Position numbers and translations under genes: made by a program. From Planctomycetota bacterium (GTDB lineage Bacteria; Planctomycetota; UBA1135; GCA-002686595), in the NCBI GenBank assembly GCA_044359835.1, contig JBIKLM010000001.1, positions 1 through 51,680 of the forward strand: a stretch of DNA of 51,680 nucleotides, given 5' to 3'. This document shows, piece after piece, positions 1-9,777 of this stretch (within the stretch, counting starts at the first letter, position 1; each line of letters opens with the position of its first letter). Under the pieces are notes generated by a model that worked only from the letters and a program-made list of their open reading frames with translations, was not told the origin of the DNA and did not search any database.

Positions 1-1
1 G

Positions 2-271
2 CGCCGGCAGGGCGGCGGCAAGGCCCCCGCCGGCGCGCCGCCGCCCTCCCGCGGCGCCTTGCTGATCGCCAGCGGAACGGCGCTGCTGCCGCTGCTCTGG
101 CTCGAGTTGCCCTCGGTTGAGACCGGCGTCATCTTCGCCACCACGGCCTCGATGGCTTTGGCGCAGGAGATGAAGCACCGCCTGGGCGGCTACACGGGGG
201 ACCTGCTGGGCGCCGTGCAGCAGGTCAGCGAGATCGCCTTCCTGTTGGGCCTGCTCGCGGCCGCCCGTTGA
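2..271 (+). CDS. cobS: C-terminal fragment of adenosylcobinamide-GDP ribazoletransferase (cobalamin synthase CobS); 5' end lies outside the window
   Basis: The frame is open from the window edge to the stop at 269-271. The segments are hydrophobic. The motif RLGGYTGDLLGA matches the conserved GGxTGDxxGA block near the CobS C-terminus. Confidence 0.55.
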   Translation, partial: RRQGGGKAPAGAPPPSRGALLIASGTALLPLLWLELPSVETGVIFATTASMALAQEMKHRLGGYTGDLLGAVQQVSEIAFLLGLLAAAR

Positions 272-320
272 GCCCGCGGGCCTCCGCGCCGCGCGCTCGC
301 CCGTTGGTTAGGCTCGAGCG

Positions 321-1808
321 ATGCTCTCCCTCGCTCTGGCGCTGCTCGGATCCTTCCAGGAGCCGGCTTTCGAGCCGCGCTACGAGCTCGGGCAGCGCGT
401 GCGCGCGCTCGAGCGCGCTTTCCTCGCCGAGCCGCCGGAAGCTCCCGGACGGACCGCGCTGATCCTGGCCGCGGAGCGCGCCGTCGAGCGCTTCTTCCGC
501 GGCGATTTCGCCGGCGCCGCCCAGGCGCTGGATGGGGCTTTTGGGCCAGCTTTCGGAGCCGGCTGGGTGCTGGTGCCGGAGCGGCGTTTAGCCGCGGCGG
601 ATGCGGAACAGATCGAGCTCTTGCTCTGGCGCTGGTATGGGCCGCTGGATCCAAGGCCCAGCGCGCTGTGCATCCGGATCGGGGCCGAGACGCGTGCGCT
701 GGAGCTCAGCCCGCCGACCGATGGGGGAGCCGAAGGGGCGCTCTGGCGCGCCGATCTGCCGCTCGCGGACCTTCCCAGCGGCGATCTGCGGCTCGAACTG
801 CTGCTCGGGTTCCCGGCGGATGATCGCGGGCTGGAGCAACAACAGCCGAGCGGCGCGGCGCCGCTCGAGCTGGACGGGCCGACCGTTCCCCGGCCCCTGT
901 GGCTGTCGCTGGTCCCGGACCTCGAGCCGCGCCTATCGGCTTTGGAAGCAGGCCTGGCGGCGCTGGGCTCCGCGGCTCCGGCCCTCGAAGCCGCGAGCCT
1001 CGCCGACAACCTGGCATTGCTGCGCGAACTCGCCGACGGACCCGCGGGCGAAACCGATTTTCCTGCGGCGCGTCTGCTCGCGGACAGCGAAGCGCTGCTG
1101 GCCGCGGCGGCCCGCGGCGAGCGCTGGTTCAGCGCCGAGCGGCCGGGGGAGCACTGGCTCAGCGTGCCCACGGCCAAGCGGCCGACGCGCGTGCGCCTGT
1201 GGCTGCCGGCGGATTTGGCCCAGCCGGGGTCGTCGTCCCGCCCGCTGGTGCTGGCCCTGCACGGGGCCGGCGGCAGCGAGAACCTGTGGTTCGACGGCTA
1301 TGGCGACGGATCGATCCGGCGCCTGTGCGAGCAGCGCGGCTGGATCCTGGCCGCGCCGCGCCTCGGCCTGCTGGGCGGCGGCGCGCCCGAAGCCCTGCCC
1401 GCGGCCCTGGCCGAGCGCTATCCGATCGATCTGTCCCGGGTTTTTGTCGTGGGCCACTCGATGGGCGCGGCGCGGGCCCTGAGCCTGGCCAGCGACGCCC
1501 CCAGCCTGCCCGCGGCCCTGGTGCTGCTGGGCGGCGGCCGCGCCCTGCGGAACCCGGAGCCCCTGCGACGGCTGCCGATCTGGATCGCCGCAGGCGAGCG
1601 CGATTTCGGCCGCCCGGGCGCCGAAGCCCTGTTCGCAAGCCTGCGGCGCGGCGAGCCCGCGCCGCCCTCCGATCCGGCCGCCGCCCGCGGCGAGACCTTG
1701 CATCGGCTGTGGATCGCCCCAGAAGTCGAGCACCTGCTGATCGTGCCCGCCGCCCTGCCCGCCGCCTTCGTTTGGCTCGATGCCCTCGCCGCCGAACCGC
1801 CCCGCTGA
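321..1808 (+). CDS. alpha/beta hydrolase-fold esterase (phospholipase/carboxylesterase or PHB-depolymerase-like) with a long N-terminal non-catalytic region
   Basis: 495-aa ORF. The C-terminal third contains LVLALHGAGGSENLW (oxyanion HG region) and VFVVGHSMGA (a GxSxG nucleophile elbow), followed by WIAAGERD and EVEHLL (candidate Asp/His). Confidence 0.7.
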   Translation: MLSLALALLGSFQEPAFEPRYELGQRVRALERAFLAEPPEAPGRTALILAAERAVERFFRGDFAGAAQALDGAFGPAFGAGWVLVPERRLAAADAEQIELLLWRWYGPLDPRPSALCIRIGAETRALELSPPTDGGAEGALWRADLPLADLPSGDLRLELLLGFPADDRGLEQQQPSGAAPLELDGPTVPRPLWLSLVPDLEPRLSALEAGLAALGSAAPALEAASLADNLALLRELADGPAGETDFPAARLLADSEALLAAAARGERWFSAERPGEHWLSVPTAKRPTRVRLWLPADLAQPGSSSRPLVLALHGAGGSENLWFDGYGDGSIRRLCEQRGWILAAPRLGLLGGGAPEALPAALAERYPIDLSRVFVVGHSMGAARALSLASDAPSLPAALVLLGGGRALRNPEPLRRLPIWIAAGERDFGRPGAEALFASLRRGEPAPPSDPAAARGETLHRLWIAPEVEHLLIVPAALPAAFVWLDALAAEPPR

Positions 1809-1897
1809 AGCTCCGACCGCTTCCGCGCCGCTCCGCAAGCCCTTGCAGCTTCGGCGCTGCTCGCTCCGCTTCCCAGGCTCGCCCGCAGAGTTCGCAT

Positions 1898-2386
1898 TCA
1901 GAGTTCGTCGTGCAGGCGAGTGATCGCTTCGTGGGCGACCTGTTGCTGGTTGAAGCGACGCCAAGCGGGGCCGGCGCGCAGGAGGAAAGCGGCGGGTCCG
2001 AGCAGGCAGGCCAGTTGGTAGAGGGGCGGGCCGGGTCGGGGGCCGGCGAGGTGGCCCAGGGCGGTCAAGGCCGGTGCGCTGGCCAGGGCCAGGAAGCCGC
2101 ACAGGGCGGTGGCGAGCAGCAGGGCGGGGCGGCGGCGGGCGGGTTTGCGCGTCGCGAGGGCCAAACCGGCCAGAGCCAGGGCGGGGACGCCGGCGAGCAG
2201 CGCGGCGGAGGCGCTGCCGGTCAGGGCCGGGGCGGCGGCCGACCAGGCAAGCAGCCAGAGCAGCAGCGGGGGCAGGCTGCGGCGCAGGGGCTCGAGCGCC
2301 AGCAGCGGGTCTTCGCCGGGGCGCTCCCCGGGCTGCAGCGCGGCGGCCCGTTCGCGCAGCTGGCGCTTTCGGAGGGCATCGGCCAT
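1898..2386 (-). CDS. hypothetical integral membrane protein
   Basis: 162-aa ORF with 3-4 Ala/Leu-rich hydrophobic spans between Arg-rich loops. It is the only protein-like frame in this interval. No family was recognised. Confidence 0.45.
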   Translation of the reverse strand: MADALRKRQLRERAAALQPGERPGEDPLLALEPLRRSLPPLLLWLLAWSAAAPALTGSASAALLAGVPALALAGLALATRKPARRRPALLLATALCGFLALASAPALTALGHLAGPRPGPPLYQLACLLGPAAFLLRAGPAWRRFNQQQVAHEAITRLHDEL

Positions 2387-2828
2387 GGCACCAGCCTGGG
2401 ACCTGCGGGGTCGGATTTCTCCCCGGGGCTCGGGGGCTCCCGGGAGCCAGGCTCCCCGGGCTCGGCCACGGGCGGGCCAGGAGAGCGGGCCTTCTCAGCG
2501 GCGCCCCCCTCCGCCCCCAAGCCCTGGCGTGCCTTAGGGGACGTCATCCCTTACGCATCCGGGAAACACCCGAGCGCTGTGCTGCCCCTCGAAGCCCGGA
2601 GGGGTCAGGCGGGCGCTCCCGGGGCGCCGGCCACGCACCGGGTGCAGAGGTCGTCCTGCGGAGCACAGCCGTCCCCGGCCGGTCGAGGCCCTCGATCTCG
2701 GGGCCCTTGGCAGGCGGCCCGCTCTCGGTATCCTGGGTTCGCTGCCCAATTCCGGTCCCGCCGGTGACGGGGGGCGCTTGTTGAGCTATTTCTCTGGACT
2801 GTCCCCCCCGAGCCCTCCCGTCCAGACC

Positions 2829-4370
2829 ATGCGCCCTTCGATCCTGCCCGTGAGCCTGCTGGCTCTGCTGGCGCTCTTGCAGCTGCTGGTCCCCCGGTCG
2901 CTCGGCCAGGGTTTCCCGGGCTTCCCCGAAGGTCGCGAGTTCTTCGTCGCCCAAAACGGCAACAACGGCGATCCGGGCACGCTGCAAAAGCCCTGGAAGA
3001 CCGTTTCTTACGCCCTGCGCCGGGCCAACCTGCCGGGCGACAAGGTCTTCCTGCGCTCCGGGACCTACCCGCTCACGGGCACGCTGCGTTTCCTGCACGA
3101 TGGCTCGGAGATCGGCGGGCCGATCACCCTGGCGACCTACCCGCTCGACCTCGAGCGCGCCGTGCTGGACGGCAACAACCTGCCCTCCAACACCAGCGCC
3201 ATGCTGGATCTGAGCGGCCGGCGCTTCATCGACATCAAGGGGCTCGAGCTGCGCAACATGCGCAAGAGCACCGTGCCGCACACGATGGTGCTGGTCGGCG
3301 GCCGAGCCGACCATCTGCGCTTCCTGGGCAACGTCTTCCACACGCTGGAGCCCTTCAACGGCTATCAGGGCTCCGGCCGCGTGCTGGCTTTCCTGGCCGG
3401 ACCGAGCCAGACCATCAGCGAGATCGAGATCGCCGACAACGAACTTTTCGAGTGCCTGACCGGCAAGGCGCCGCTGGTCGAGTTCGCCGGGCGCGTCGAG
3501 TCGGTCAATTTCACCGAAAATCTGCTGCGCGACAACGAGACCCAGGCGGCCCTCCTGCTGCGGCAGCCGAACAAACTGCAGCTATTCGCCGGCGCCCTGA
3601 TCGGCACCGACGCCCCGCGGAACTTCCTTTTCCGAAGCAACTCGATCCAGCGGCACTCCGACTTGCTGCTGGGGGGCGCCGGGATCCTGATCGCGGGTGG
3701 CAGCGACGTGCTGATCCAGCGCAACCGCCTGAGCGACAATTGGATCGGGCTGCAGATCGGCGGTCCGAGCAGCGCAGCCGACGTGCGCGGCATCCTTATC
3801 GAGAGCAATTTCGTGGAGCGCTCGGTGTACCAGGGCATCGCCTTGGGCGGCGCGCCCGGCGCCTTGGCCGCCCGGGTCGACGACATCGGGGTGATCAACA
3901 ACACCTTCTTCGACAACGGCCGTGGTCTGCAATCGGGGCCGGATGCCGGCAGCCTGGTGTTGGGTCAGGCCAGCGCCGTGCGCTTGATCGGCAATCTGGT
4001 GGTCGCCACCAGCAGCGGCCCGGCGCAGAACGTCGCGATCGCGCGGGTGAGCGGCAGCACCAACCCGGGCATCCAGCTGATCACCAATCTGTATTGGAGC
4101 CTGAACGCTCAGCCGCCGATCTTCGAGCCCCTGGATGGGCTGCTGCTGCCGGGCCTGTCGCTCTGGCAAGCGGTCACCGGCCAGGACACCGGCTCGCTGC
4201 AGGCGGACCCGCTGCTGTCGCTGCCCTCCGCCGGCGATCTGACCATCAGCGGCGCGAGCCCGGCGCGCGACAAGGCCCTGACCTTGCCCGGCACCTTCGC
4301 CCTGACCGACTTCTTCGGCCAGCCGCGGCCCTCCGGATCCTTCGCGGACATCGGCGCGCACGAGTTCTGA
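2829..4370 (+). CDS. secreted right-handed parallel beta-helix repeat protein (pectate-lyase-fold, DUF1565-like N-terminus)
   Basis: I chose the ATG at 2829 because it gives a signal peptide (MRPSILPVSLLALLALLQLLVP). FFVAQNGNNGDPGTLQKPWKTVSYALRRANLPGDKVFLRSGTY is the typical cap of this fold. Repeated NxxxxN / IxxN beta-helix rungs follow (IADNEL, FRSNSI, IQRNRL, IESNFV, VINNTF, LIGNLV). Confidence 0.7.
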   Translation: MRPSILPVSLLALLALLQLLVPRSLGQGFPGFPEGREFFVAQNGNNGDPGTLQKPWKTVSYALRRANLPGDKVFLRSGTYPLTGTLRFLHDGSEIGGPITLATYPLDLERAVLDGNNLPSNTSAMLDLSGRRFIDIKGLELRNMRKSTVPHTMVLVGGRADHLRFLGNVFHTLEPFNGYQGSGRVLAFLAGPSQTISEIEIADNELFECLTGKAPLVEFAGRVESVNFTENLLRDNETQAALLLRQPNKLQLFAGALIGTDAPRNFLFRSNSIQRHSDLLLGGAGILIAGGSDVLIQRNRLSDNWIGLQIGGPSSAADVRGILIESNFVERSVYQGIALGGAPGALAARVDDIGVINNTFFDNGRGLQSGPDAGSLVLGQASAVRLIGNLVVATSSGPAQNVAIARVSGSTNPGIQLITNLYWSLNAQPPIFEPLDGLLLPGLSLWQAVTGQDTGSLQADPLLSLPSAGDLTISGASPARDKALTLPGTFALTDFFGQPRPSGSFADIGAHEF

Positions 4371-4412
4371 CCGGCACGGAGGCGATCCCCTCGGGGCAAG
4401 CCCCAGCCGCAG
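4367..4412 (+). repeat. possible degenerate, truncated copy of the stop-codon-associated repeat seen at 28701, 38607 and 44130
   Basis: CTGACCGGCACGGAGGCGATCCCCTCGGGGCAAGCCCCAGCCGCAGG aligns by eye with CTGACCGCCAGAGAAAAAATCGACTTGGGCAACGCCCGAGCCGCAGG (copy C). It includes the gene's TGA embedded in CTGACCG. Confidence 0.3.
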
Positions 4413-4436
4413 GTTCCGGCGCGTCGAGGCCGCGAC

Positions 4437-5177
4437 TCAGAGCCCGATTTCACGCACGATTCGGGCCCGCGCGAGGCGCTGGGCCAGGCGGGCGCAAGGC
4501 AGCGTGAAGCCCATCAGCGCGTAGCACATGCCGGGTGCTCCGAAGACCCATTCCGGCAGGCCCTCCTGGCCAAGCAATCCGATCAAGAGCGCCGACAAGC
4601 AGCCGGTCGCGGGCGCCAGCGCCCAGGCCCCCAGCTCCCCGACGGTGCCGAGCCGCTCCTGGCGATCCAAGGCCAGGTTGCCCCGCTGGCTCCAGGCATG
4701 GGCGTAGAGCGCCAGCACGTTGAGTCCGAGGAAGCTCCAAGCCGCCGCGTAGACCCGGTACATGACCTGGAGATCGGACAGGTCGCGGATCTGATAGCTG
4801 GGGGGGATCCAGCCGCCGGTCAACCAGGCGAAGCAGGACTCGAACAGGATGCGCAGCGGATAGACGTAGACCAGCACCTGGAAGACCAGCGTCAGGCTGA
4901 GCACCACCGAGCGGCGGTCGTCCAGTCCATAGCGGCGGCTCCAGGTGTTGTGGGCATTCCAGACCGTGGCGATCAGGGCGAAGCTGGCGGCGAAAGCGGG
5001 GATGCGCTTGAGGGCCTCGAGCAGCTCCGCGCTGGTCTCGGGGATGTGCTCGAAGGAGATCACCAGCAGCGTCACCGCAAAGGCGAAGGCCGCGTCGACG
5101 AAGGCTTCGATGCGAGTGACCTGGCCCCCGCGCTCGCGGAAGCCGTCGGCACGCCGCTGGATGGCGGGGTCTTTCAT
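4437..5177 (-). CDS. TMEM175/DUF1211-family membrane protein (putative K+ channel)
   Basis: The internal ATG at 5177 (MKDPAIQRR...) precedes RIEAFVDAAFAFAVTLLVI, which matches the RxEAFSDGVFAIAITLLV signature of DUF1211. Six hydrophobic spans follow. The upstream 113 codons of the ORF are low-complexity and were rejected. Confidence 0.75.
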   Translation of the reverse strand: MKDPAIQRRADGFRERGGQVTRIEAFVDAAFAFAVTLLVISFEHIPETSAELLEALKRIPAFAASFALIATVWNAHNTWSRRYGLDDRRSVVLSLTLVFQVLVYVYPLRILFESCFAWLTGGWIPPSYQIRDLSDLQVMYRVYAAAWSFLGLNVLALYAHAWSQRGNLALDRQERLGTVGELGAWALAPATGCLSALLIGLLGQEGLPEWVFGAPGMCYALMGFTLPCARLAQRLARARIVREIGL

Positions 5178-5694
5178 GATCTCGAGGAGGTCCCAGCCTG
5201 GGCCCCGCGCGGACCGCCGGCACAGGCTCGGGCCGTTGGCCTGCGAAGCGGGCAGCGACTCGGCCGCCTGCCCGGGGCCGGTCTGCCCGGCTCCGTTCGG
5301 GGCTCCCCAAGCGTCCGGAAGCGCATCCCGTCGGGGATCCGTCTGGATCGGGCTTGGGTCCGTGAAGGGCCCGGCTGGCTGGGTTGGGCGTTCGAGCCGA
5401 GGCGAAAGAACCCACAGCCTAGGCTGTTCGGCGCAAATCCTAAGCGCGCCCAGCGAAGCGGCATCGAAGGGGGCGTTCGTCGCCGAAGCGCGCTCGGTCA
5501 GCACCTTCCCCGGCAAAGGTGGGCGAGCGCCGAGGGGATCGCGAAGTCCCCGGGCGGTCGGTGGAGAGGACGGGTGGCCCGGCGGGATCTAACCTGGGAC
5601 CCGGGTTTTTGGGGGGCGCAGGCGGTCTCAAGCGGCGGGAACGGGCGGTCCGATACAGCCGAAACCGTTCCGCCCACCCCGGCGACCCCTCCCC

Positions 5695-6417
5695 TTGAAA
5701 AACCAGCGCCTGGATTACGAGCTGCTCGCCGAGTCCCTCCGGGACCGGCAGCTGGTCTCGAGCGACGCCCTGAACCACGTGCTGCACCAGGTGCAGTCCA
5801 CGGGCGCCCTGTTCCCGGCCCTGCTGGTCAAGGACGGCCTGATCAGCGACTACGAGCTGTCGCGGGTGGCCTGCGACGTGTTCGGACTGCCGTTCCTGCC
5901 CGTCGACCAATACTCGCCGGACAAGGCCCTGCTGCCGCTGCTGGACGCCGACTTCCTGCGCCACTACGCGCTGGTGCCCCTGGACAAGCGCGGCAAGCTG
6001 GTGGTCATGGCCCTGCCCGGGGTGGTGCCCGCCGAGGTGCTCGTGGAGGCCGAGGCCTCGCTGCAGGCCAAGATCGTGCCGGTCGTGGGGACCGTGAGCG
6101 GCAACCAGCGCTGGCTGGAAGAGAACCTGCCGCCGCCCCAAGCCCTGCAGATCGACATGGACGCCGAAGGCGGCGATTGGGCTTCGGTGCTCGACATGGG
6201 CGACTCGGCGGTCCAGAACGATCTCGACGGCGGCGAGTTGGAGGTCCTCAAGGATCCGAGCCTGGCTGAGCTCGAGGCCAGCCTGGGTCTGCTGGACATC
6301 GCCGAGGACCCCGCCCAGGGCGGCCTGCGCCGCAGCAGCGCCGAAGAGAGCCTGGAATTCGAACTGCCGCAGCTGCCCGACCTGGGCGACGAAGACGCCC
6401 GCGGCAGCGCGGCCTGA
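5695..6417 (+). CDS. GspE/MshE N-terminal domain (T2SSE_N) protein with an acidic C-terminal tail
   Basis: TTG start. DALNHVLHQVQSTGALFPALLVKDGLISDYELSRVACDVFGLPFLPVDQY...FLRHYALVPLDKRGKLVVMAL is the typical T2SSE_N / MshEN fold sequence. No ATPase domain follows. Confidence 0.65.
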   Translation: MKNQRLDYELLAESLRDRQLVSSDALNHVLHQVQSTGALFPALLVKDGLISDYELSRVACDVFGLPFLPVDQYSPDKALLPLLDADFLRHYALVPLDKRGKLVVMALPGVVPAEVLVEAEASLQAKIVPVVGTVSGNQRWLEENLPPPQALQIDMDAEGGDWASVLDMGDSAVQNDLDGGELEVLKDPSLAELEASLGLLDIAEDPAQGGLRRSSAEESLEFELPQLPDLGDEDARGSAA

Positions 6418-6456
6418 AGCGTCGCCAGGGGAGCCCTAGCAAAGCCGGGCCCGGCC

Positions 6457-6918
6457 TCAATCCGTGGTCGTGGGGCCGCCGCTGCCCCCGGTGGCCTCGG
6501 CGGACGGCGTGGAAGCCTGGGGCGATGCGGGCGCAGCGGCGCTGCCGGCAGCTCCCTCTGGCGGGGCGGCTTCATCGCCCCGGGGGGGGAATTCGCGCGG
6601 CCCCTCTGCCGCCGGCAGACCTGCGGGAGCGGCGGGAACCGGGCTGCGGCCGCGCTGCACGCTGTCCGCGGCGCGCACCGGCTTGGGCGCGTCGACCAGT
6701 CGCCGCGGATCGAGGTCCTGGGCCGCCTGCCGCGCCTGGCGCAGCTCTTCGTCCAGGCCGCTCTCGCGCCGCAGGTCCTGCACCGCCTTCTTGGCCTTGG
6801 CCAGCTGACCCGCCGCCTGCCCGGCGACCTCCGGCAGGCGACGCCCGAACACCAGCACCGCGACCACCGCGATCAGCAGCAGCTCGGTGGGGTTGACGTT
6901 GTTGATGAACAGCAGCAT
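6457..6918 (-). CDS. tatA: twin-arginine translocase subunit TatA/TatB family
   Basis: The N-terminal TELLLIAVVAVLVFGRRLPEVAGQAAGQLAKAKKAV matches the TatA/B TM helix, hinge Gly and amphipathic helix. The C-terminal tail is long and disordered. Confidence 0.8.
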   Translation of the reverse strand: MLLFINNVNPTELLLIAVVAVLVFGRRLPEVAGQAAGQLAKAKKAVQDLRRESGLDEELRQARQAAQDLDPRRLVDAPKPVRAADSVQRGRSPVPAAPAGLPAAEGPREFPPRGDEAAPPEGAAGSAAAPASPQASTPSAEATGGSGGPTTTD

Positions 6919-7380
6919 GGCCCGGCCCCGATTCTAGCTGCCCCGCGGAGCCGCCCGGGTCGGTCTCCAGCCCGGGACCGGAAGCCGACGCTCGCGCCAG
7001 GGCTCGCGGGCGCGGCGGGCGCCGAGTCCGCCGGCGGCGGGCATCCGGGGACTTCCGAGGTGGCGCGCAATCGGCTCCCTGTGGGTCTAGAACCGCACCG
7101 CAGCGCCCCAAGCGGCCGGCTTTCGCGGCCCGGCCCCCAAACGCCTCGTCGCCGGCCCGTGCGATCGCCGCACCGGCGTAGCCCCGCCCACAGGGCCGGA
7201 GCGGTCAGTCCCAGACCGCCGGCGGCCAGCCCCGCTCTCACAGGGGCTGCACGGGCCCGCAAGCACGGCGGCGGGCTCCGGCCTGTGCTGGCGCCGGAGT
7301 TCCAAAGATCCTGGGTTCCCCGGGGCGGGCCGGCTCCTCGGTCGCCGTCCAGCGCTCCGGCCCCGGGCGAGCCGTCGGCC

Positions 7381-9777
7381 TCAATCGGCGAACAAGCGCT
7401 CGCGGCTTTCGGAGCGTTTGTTGGCCGAGAGCAGCGGCTTGATGCCGATCCCGAAGCTGGTGCCTTCGCCGGCGCGATAGCTGACCGCCAGCTCGAAGAG
7501 GAGGTCGTGGCCGTAGCGCTTGATCGCCGCGCGCGAGCCCAGGGAGCCCTGGTCGAGCAGGTCGAATTCCTGGCGGCCCTCGATGTCCCACTTGGGCGTG
7601 AAGCGATACACCGCGCCGAGGGTGGCCGCCTCGAAACGTGGATCGCCGGCCAGGTCCCGGCCGCGGAAGAAAGCCAGCTGCAGATCGAGGTCGCGGCGCG
7701 GGAAGAGCTCGAGCTGTGTGCCGGCGTAGACCGTCTCGCCGTTGTCGAGATCGTAGCGCCCGTCGTGGGACAAGCGCAGGGGCAGCGGACCCACCGAGGT
7801 GTCGAGCGAGCTGAACACCCCGATCGGCTGCCAGCCGCGCTCGAGCAGGCTCGAGTCCTGCACGTGGCTGGCGCGGATCTCGCCGTCGAACTTGGCCGGG
7901 AAAAGCGGAAAACTGGCCCGTCCGCGCAGCGCCAGGTCGACGAACCGTCCATCGGCCAGGCTCTCGAGCTCGTCCAGCACCAGCGGCGGCAGGCTGCTGC
8001 GCTCGTCGACGACGTCCTGGCGGAAGCTGACGCTGGGGGCCAGCTCCTGCAGGCTGGTCTGCGCATCGCCGCGCCACAGCACCTGGGTCAGCTTGAGGCC
8101 GGCGAAACCGAGCGCGCGGCCGATCTGGTCCTCTTCTTGGCCCGATTCGGTCCAGCCGGTGGTGGCCAGGTCGGCGAAGGGCGTGGCGATCACCCCGCTC
8201 TTGCCCAGCGGCACGGGCAATTCGAGGCGCTGCTTCTGATGGGCCCGCAGCAGGTCGGCCTCGCCGAAGTTGTCCTCGAAGGGCGCCTCGAAGTTCGAGT
8301 CGCCCTGCTGGCGGTCGTAGGCGCCGAGGCGCACATCGAAGCCATGGTGCAGGGCCTGGCCGAACAGCCGCGCGATCTCCCGGCGCTGCAGGATGAAGTT
8401 GTACTCCGGCAGGCGGCCGAGGCCGTTGTTGGCCGAATTGAGCGGCCCCGAGACGATCAGGTTCTGCATGCGCCCCGGGCGCGCCTGCCGCCAGTTGAGG
8501 AAGCTGTCGCGCTCCTCGTAGCGCAGATAGTCGTTCTCGAAGAATTCGGACTGCACGCCCGGATCGCTCTGCAGCGTCAGGGCCAGGTCGATGTATTCGC
8601 CGGTGTTGCGCTTGAAGCGGCCGCGCGAGCGCAGCCAGGTGCGCAGGGTGTCGCGGTCCTCCTCGGGCACCTGCACGAGGCCGCGGTCCTCGGCGTCGTC
8701 GGGGATCAGGCCCAGCTCGGTGTTCCAGACGTAATTGTCGCCGGACTGCAGCTTGAGCCCCGGGTCGAACAGCAGCCCGCGGGAGCCGAAGTAGTTGAGG
8801 TCGAAGCGGAAGCGCGCGCGATAGCTCTCGGCATCGCCGCCCAGCCAGCGATTGATGCGCTGGCCCAGCTCTTCCTTGACGTCCCGGTTGTATTCGAAGC
8901 CCAGCACCGTGCCGAAGCGCGCCTCCTGGCCGACCTTGAGGCCGCCCAGGCTCGGCTCGCCCTCTTCGTTGGCCAGATAGTTGATCGGCGGCAGCGGCAG
9001 GGTCAGCCAGTCGCGCAGGCGGATCTGATTCTGCTTGAGACGCACCTCGTAGGGGTTCTCCGGATCGGGCGTGCGGCGCATGCGCAGATCGCCGGTCATG
9101 ATGTAGTAGCTGGGCACGCCGAACTCCGAGGTGGTCAGTTTGGCGCGCCGGCTGGCCAGCGAGCCGTCGGCGGAGATGCGCAGCCAGTCGGCTTGGATCT
9201 TGAGCACGTAATCGCTGCCGCCCAGGCGCTCGCGGAACGAATAGTTGGCGCCGCGGATCCAGCCCTGGCCATCGACGCGGTCGATGTAGACCGCGTCGGC
9301 GAAGAACACCCGGCGGCCATCCTGGAAGTACTCGACCGGGCCCTCGAAGTAGATCTCGCGCACGTGCTCGAGCAGCGGGTCGTCGAACAGGTCCCGCAGC
9401 AGCTCCGGCGCTGGCCCGCTGTCCACGAACTCCGGCGGCGCCGCGGTCTCGAACGGCTGGCTGAGGCGCAGGTCGTCCTCGGTGCGGCGTTCGCGGCGGC
9501 CGAAGTCGAAGAACTCCAGCTCGCGATCGACCCAGCACACGGCCCAGGTGGCGCGGAACTCGCTGCGCCCGTCGCCGACCTTGGGCATCTGGAAGATCAG
9601 CAGCTTGTTGTCGCCATCGGTGCGCGTGTCCATCGACGAGAAGCCGAAGGGCTGACTTTCCTGCGGCGCCTGCTGCGGATCGCCGCTGGGCAGGGCTCCG
9701 GCCTGACCGCGCAGGCTGGGAGCGGCGGCCAGGAGCGCCAGGGCGGCGCGGCCGAGAACGAGACCGTGCGAGGCCAT
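7381..9777 (-). CDS. lptD: LPS-assembly outer-membrane protein LptD-like (OstA N-domain plus large beta-barrel)
   Basis: The ATG at 9777 gives the signal peptide MASHGLVLGRAALALLAAAPSL. The block KLTTSEFGVPSYYIMTGDLRM resembles the LptD FTTC..P.W.I.A motif. The region is about 800 aa, aromatic and beta-strand-rich. The start overlaps the stop of the upstream gene (TGATG). Confidence 0.65.
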   Translation of the reverse strand: MASHGLVLGRAALALLAAAPSLRGQAGALPSGDPQQAPQESQPFGFSSMDTRTDGDNKLLIFQMPKVGDGRSEFRATWAVCWVDRELEFFDFGRRERRTEDDLRLSQPFETAAPPEFVDSGPAPELLRDLFDDPLLEHVREIYFEGPVEYFQDGRRVFFADAVYIDRVDGQGWIRGANYSFRERLGGSDYVLKIQADWLRISADGSLASRRAKLTTSEFGVPSYYIMTGDLRMRRTPDPENPYEVRLKQNQIRLRDWLTLPLPPINYLANEEGEPSLGGLKVGQEARFGTVLGFEYNRDVKEELGQRINRWLGGDAESYRARFRFDLNYFGSRGLLFDPGLKLQSGDNYVWNTELGLIPDDAEDRGLVQVPEEDRDTLRTWLRSRGRFKRNTGEYIDLALTLQSDPGVQSEFFENDYLRYEERDSFLNWRQARPGRMQNLIVSGPLNSANNGLGRLPEYNFILQRREIARLFGQALHHGFDVRLGAYDRQQGDSNFEAPFEDNFGEADLLRAHQKQRLELPVPLGKSGVIATPFADLATTGWTESGQEEDQIGRALGFAGLKLTQVLWRGDAQTSLQELAPSVSFRQDVVDERSSLPPLVLDELESLADGRFVDLALRGRASFPLFPAKFDGEIRASHVQDSSLLERGWQPIGVFSSLDTSVGPLPLRLSHDGRYDLDNGETVYAGTQLELFPRRDLDLQLAFFRGRDLAGDPRFEAATLGAVYRFTPKWDIEGRQEFDLLDQGSLGSRAAIKRYGHDLLFELAVSYRAGEGTSFGIGIKPLLSANKRSESRERLFAD

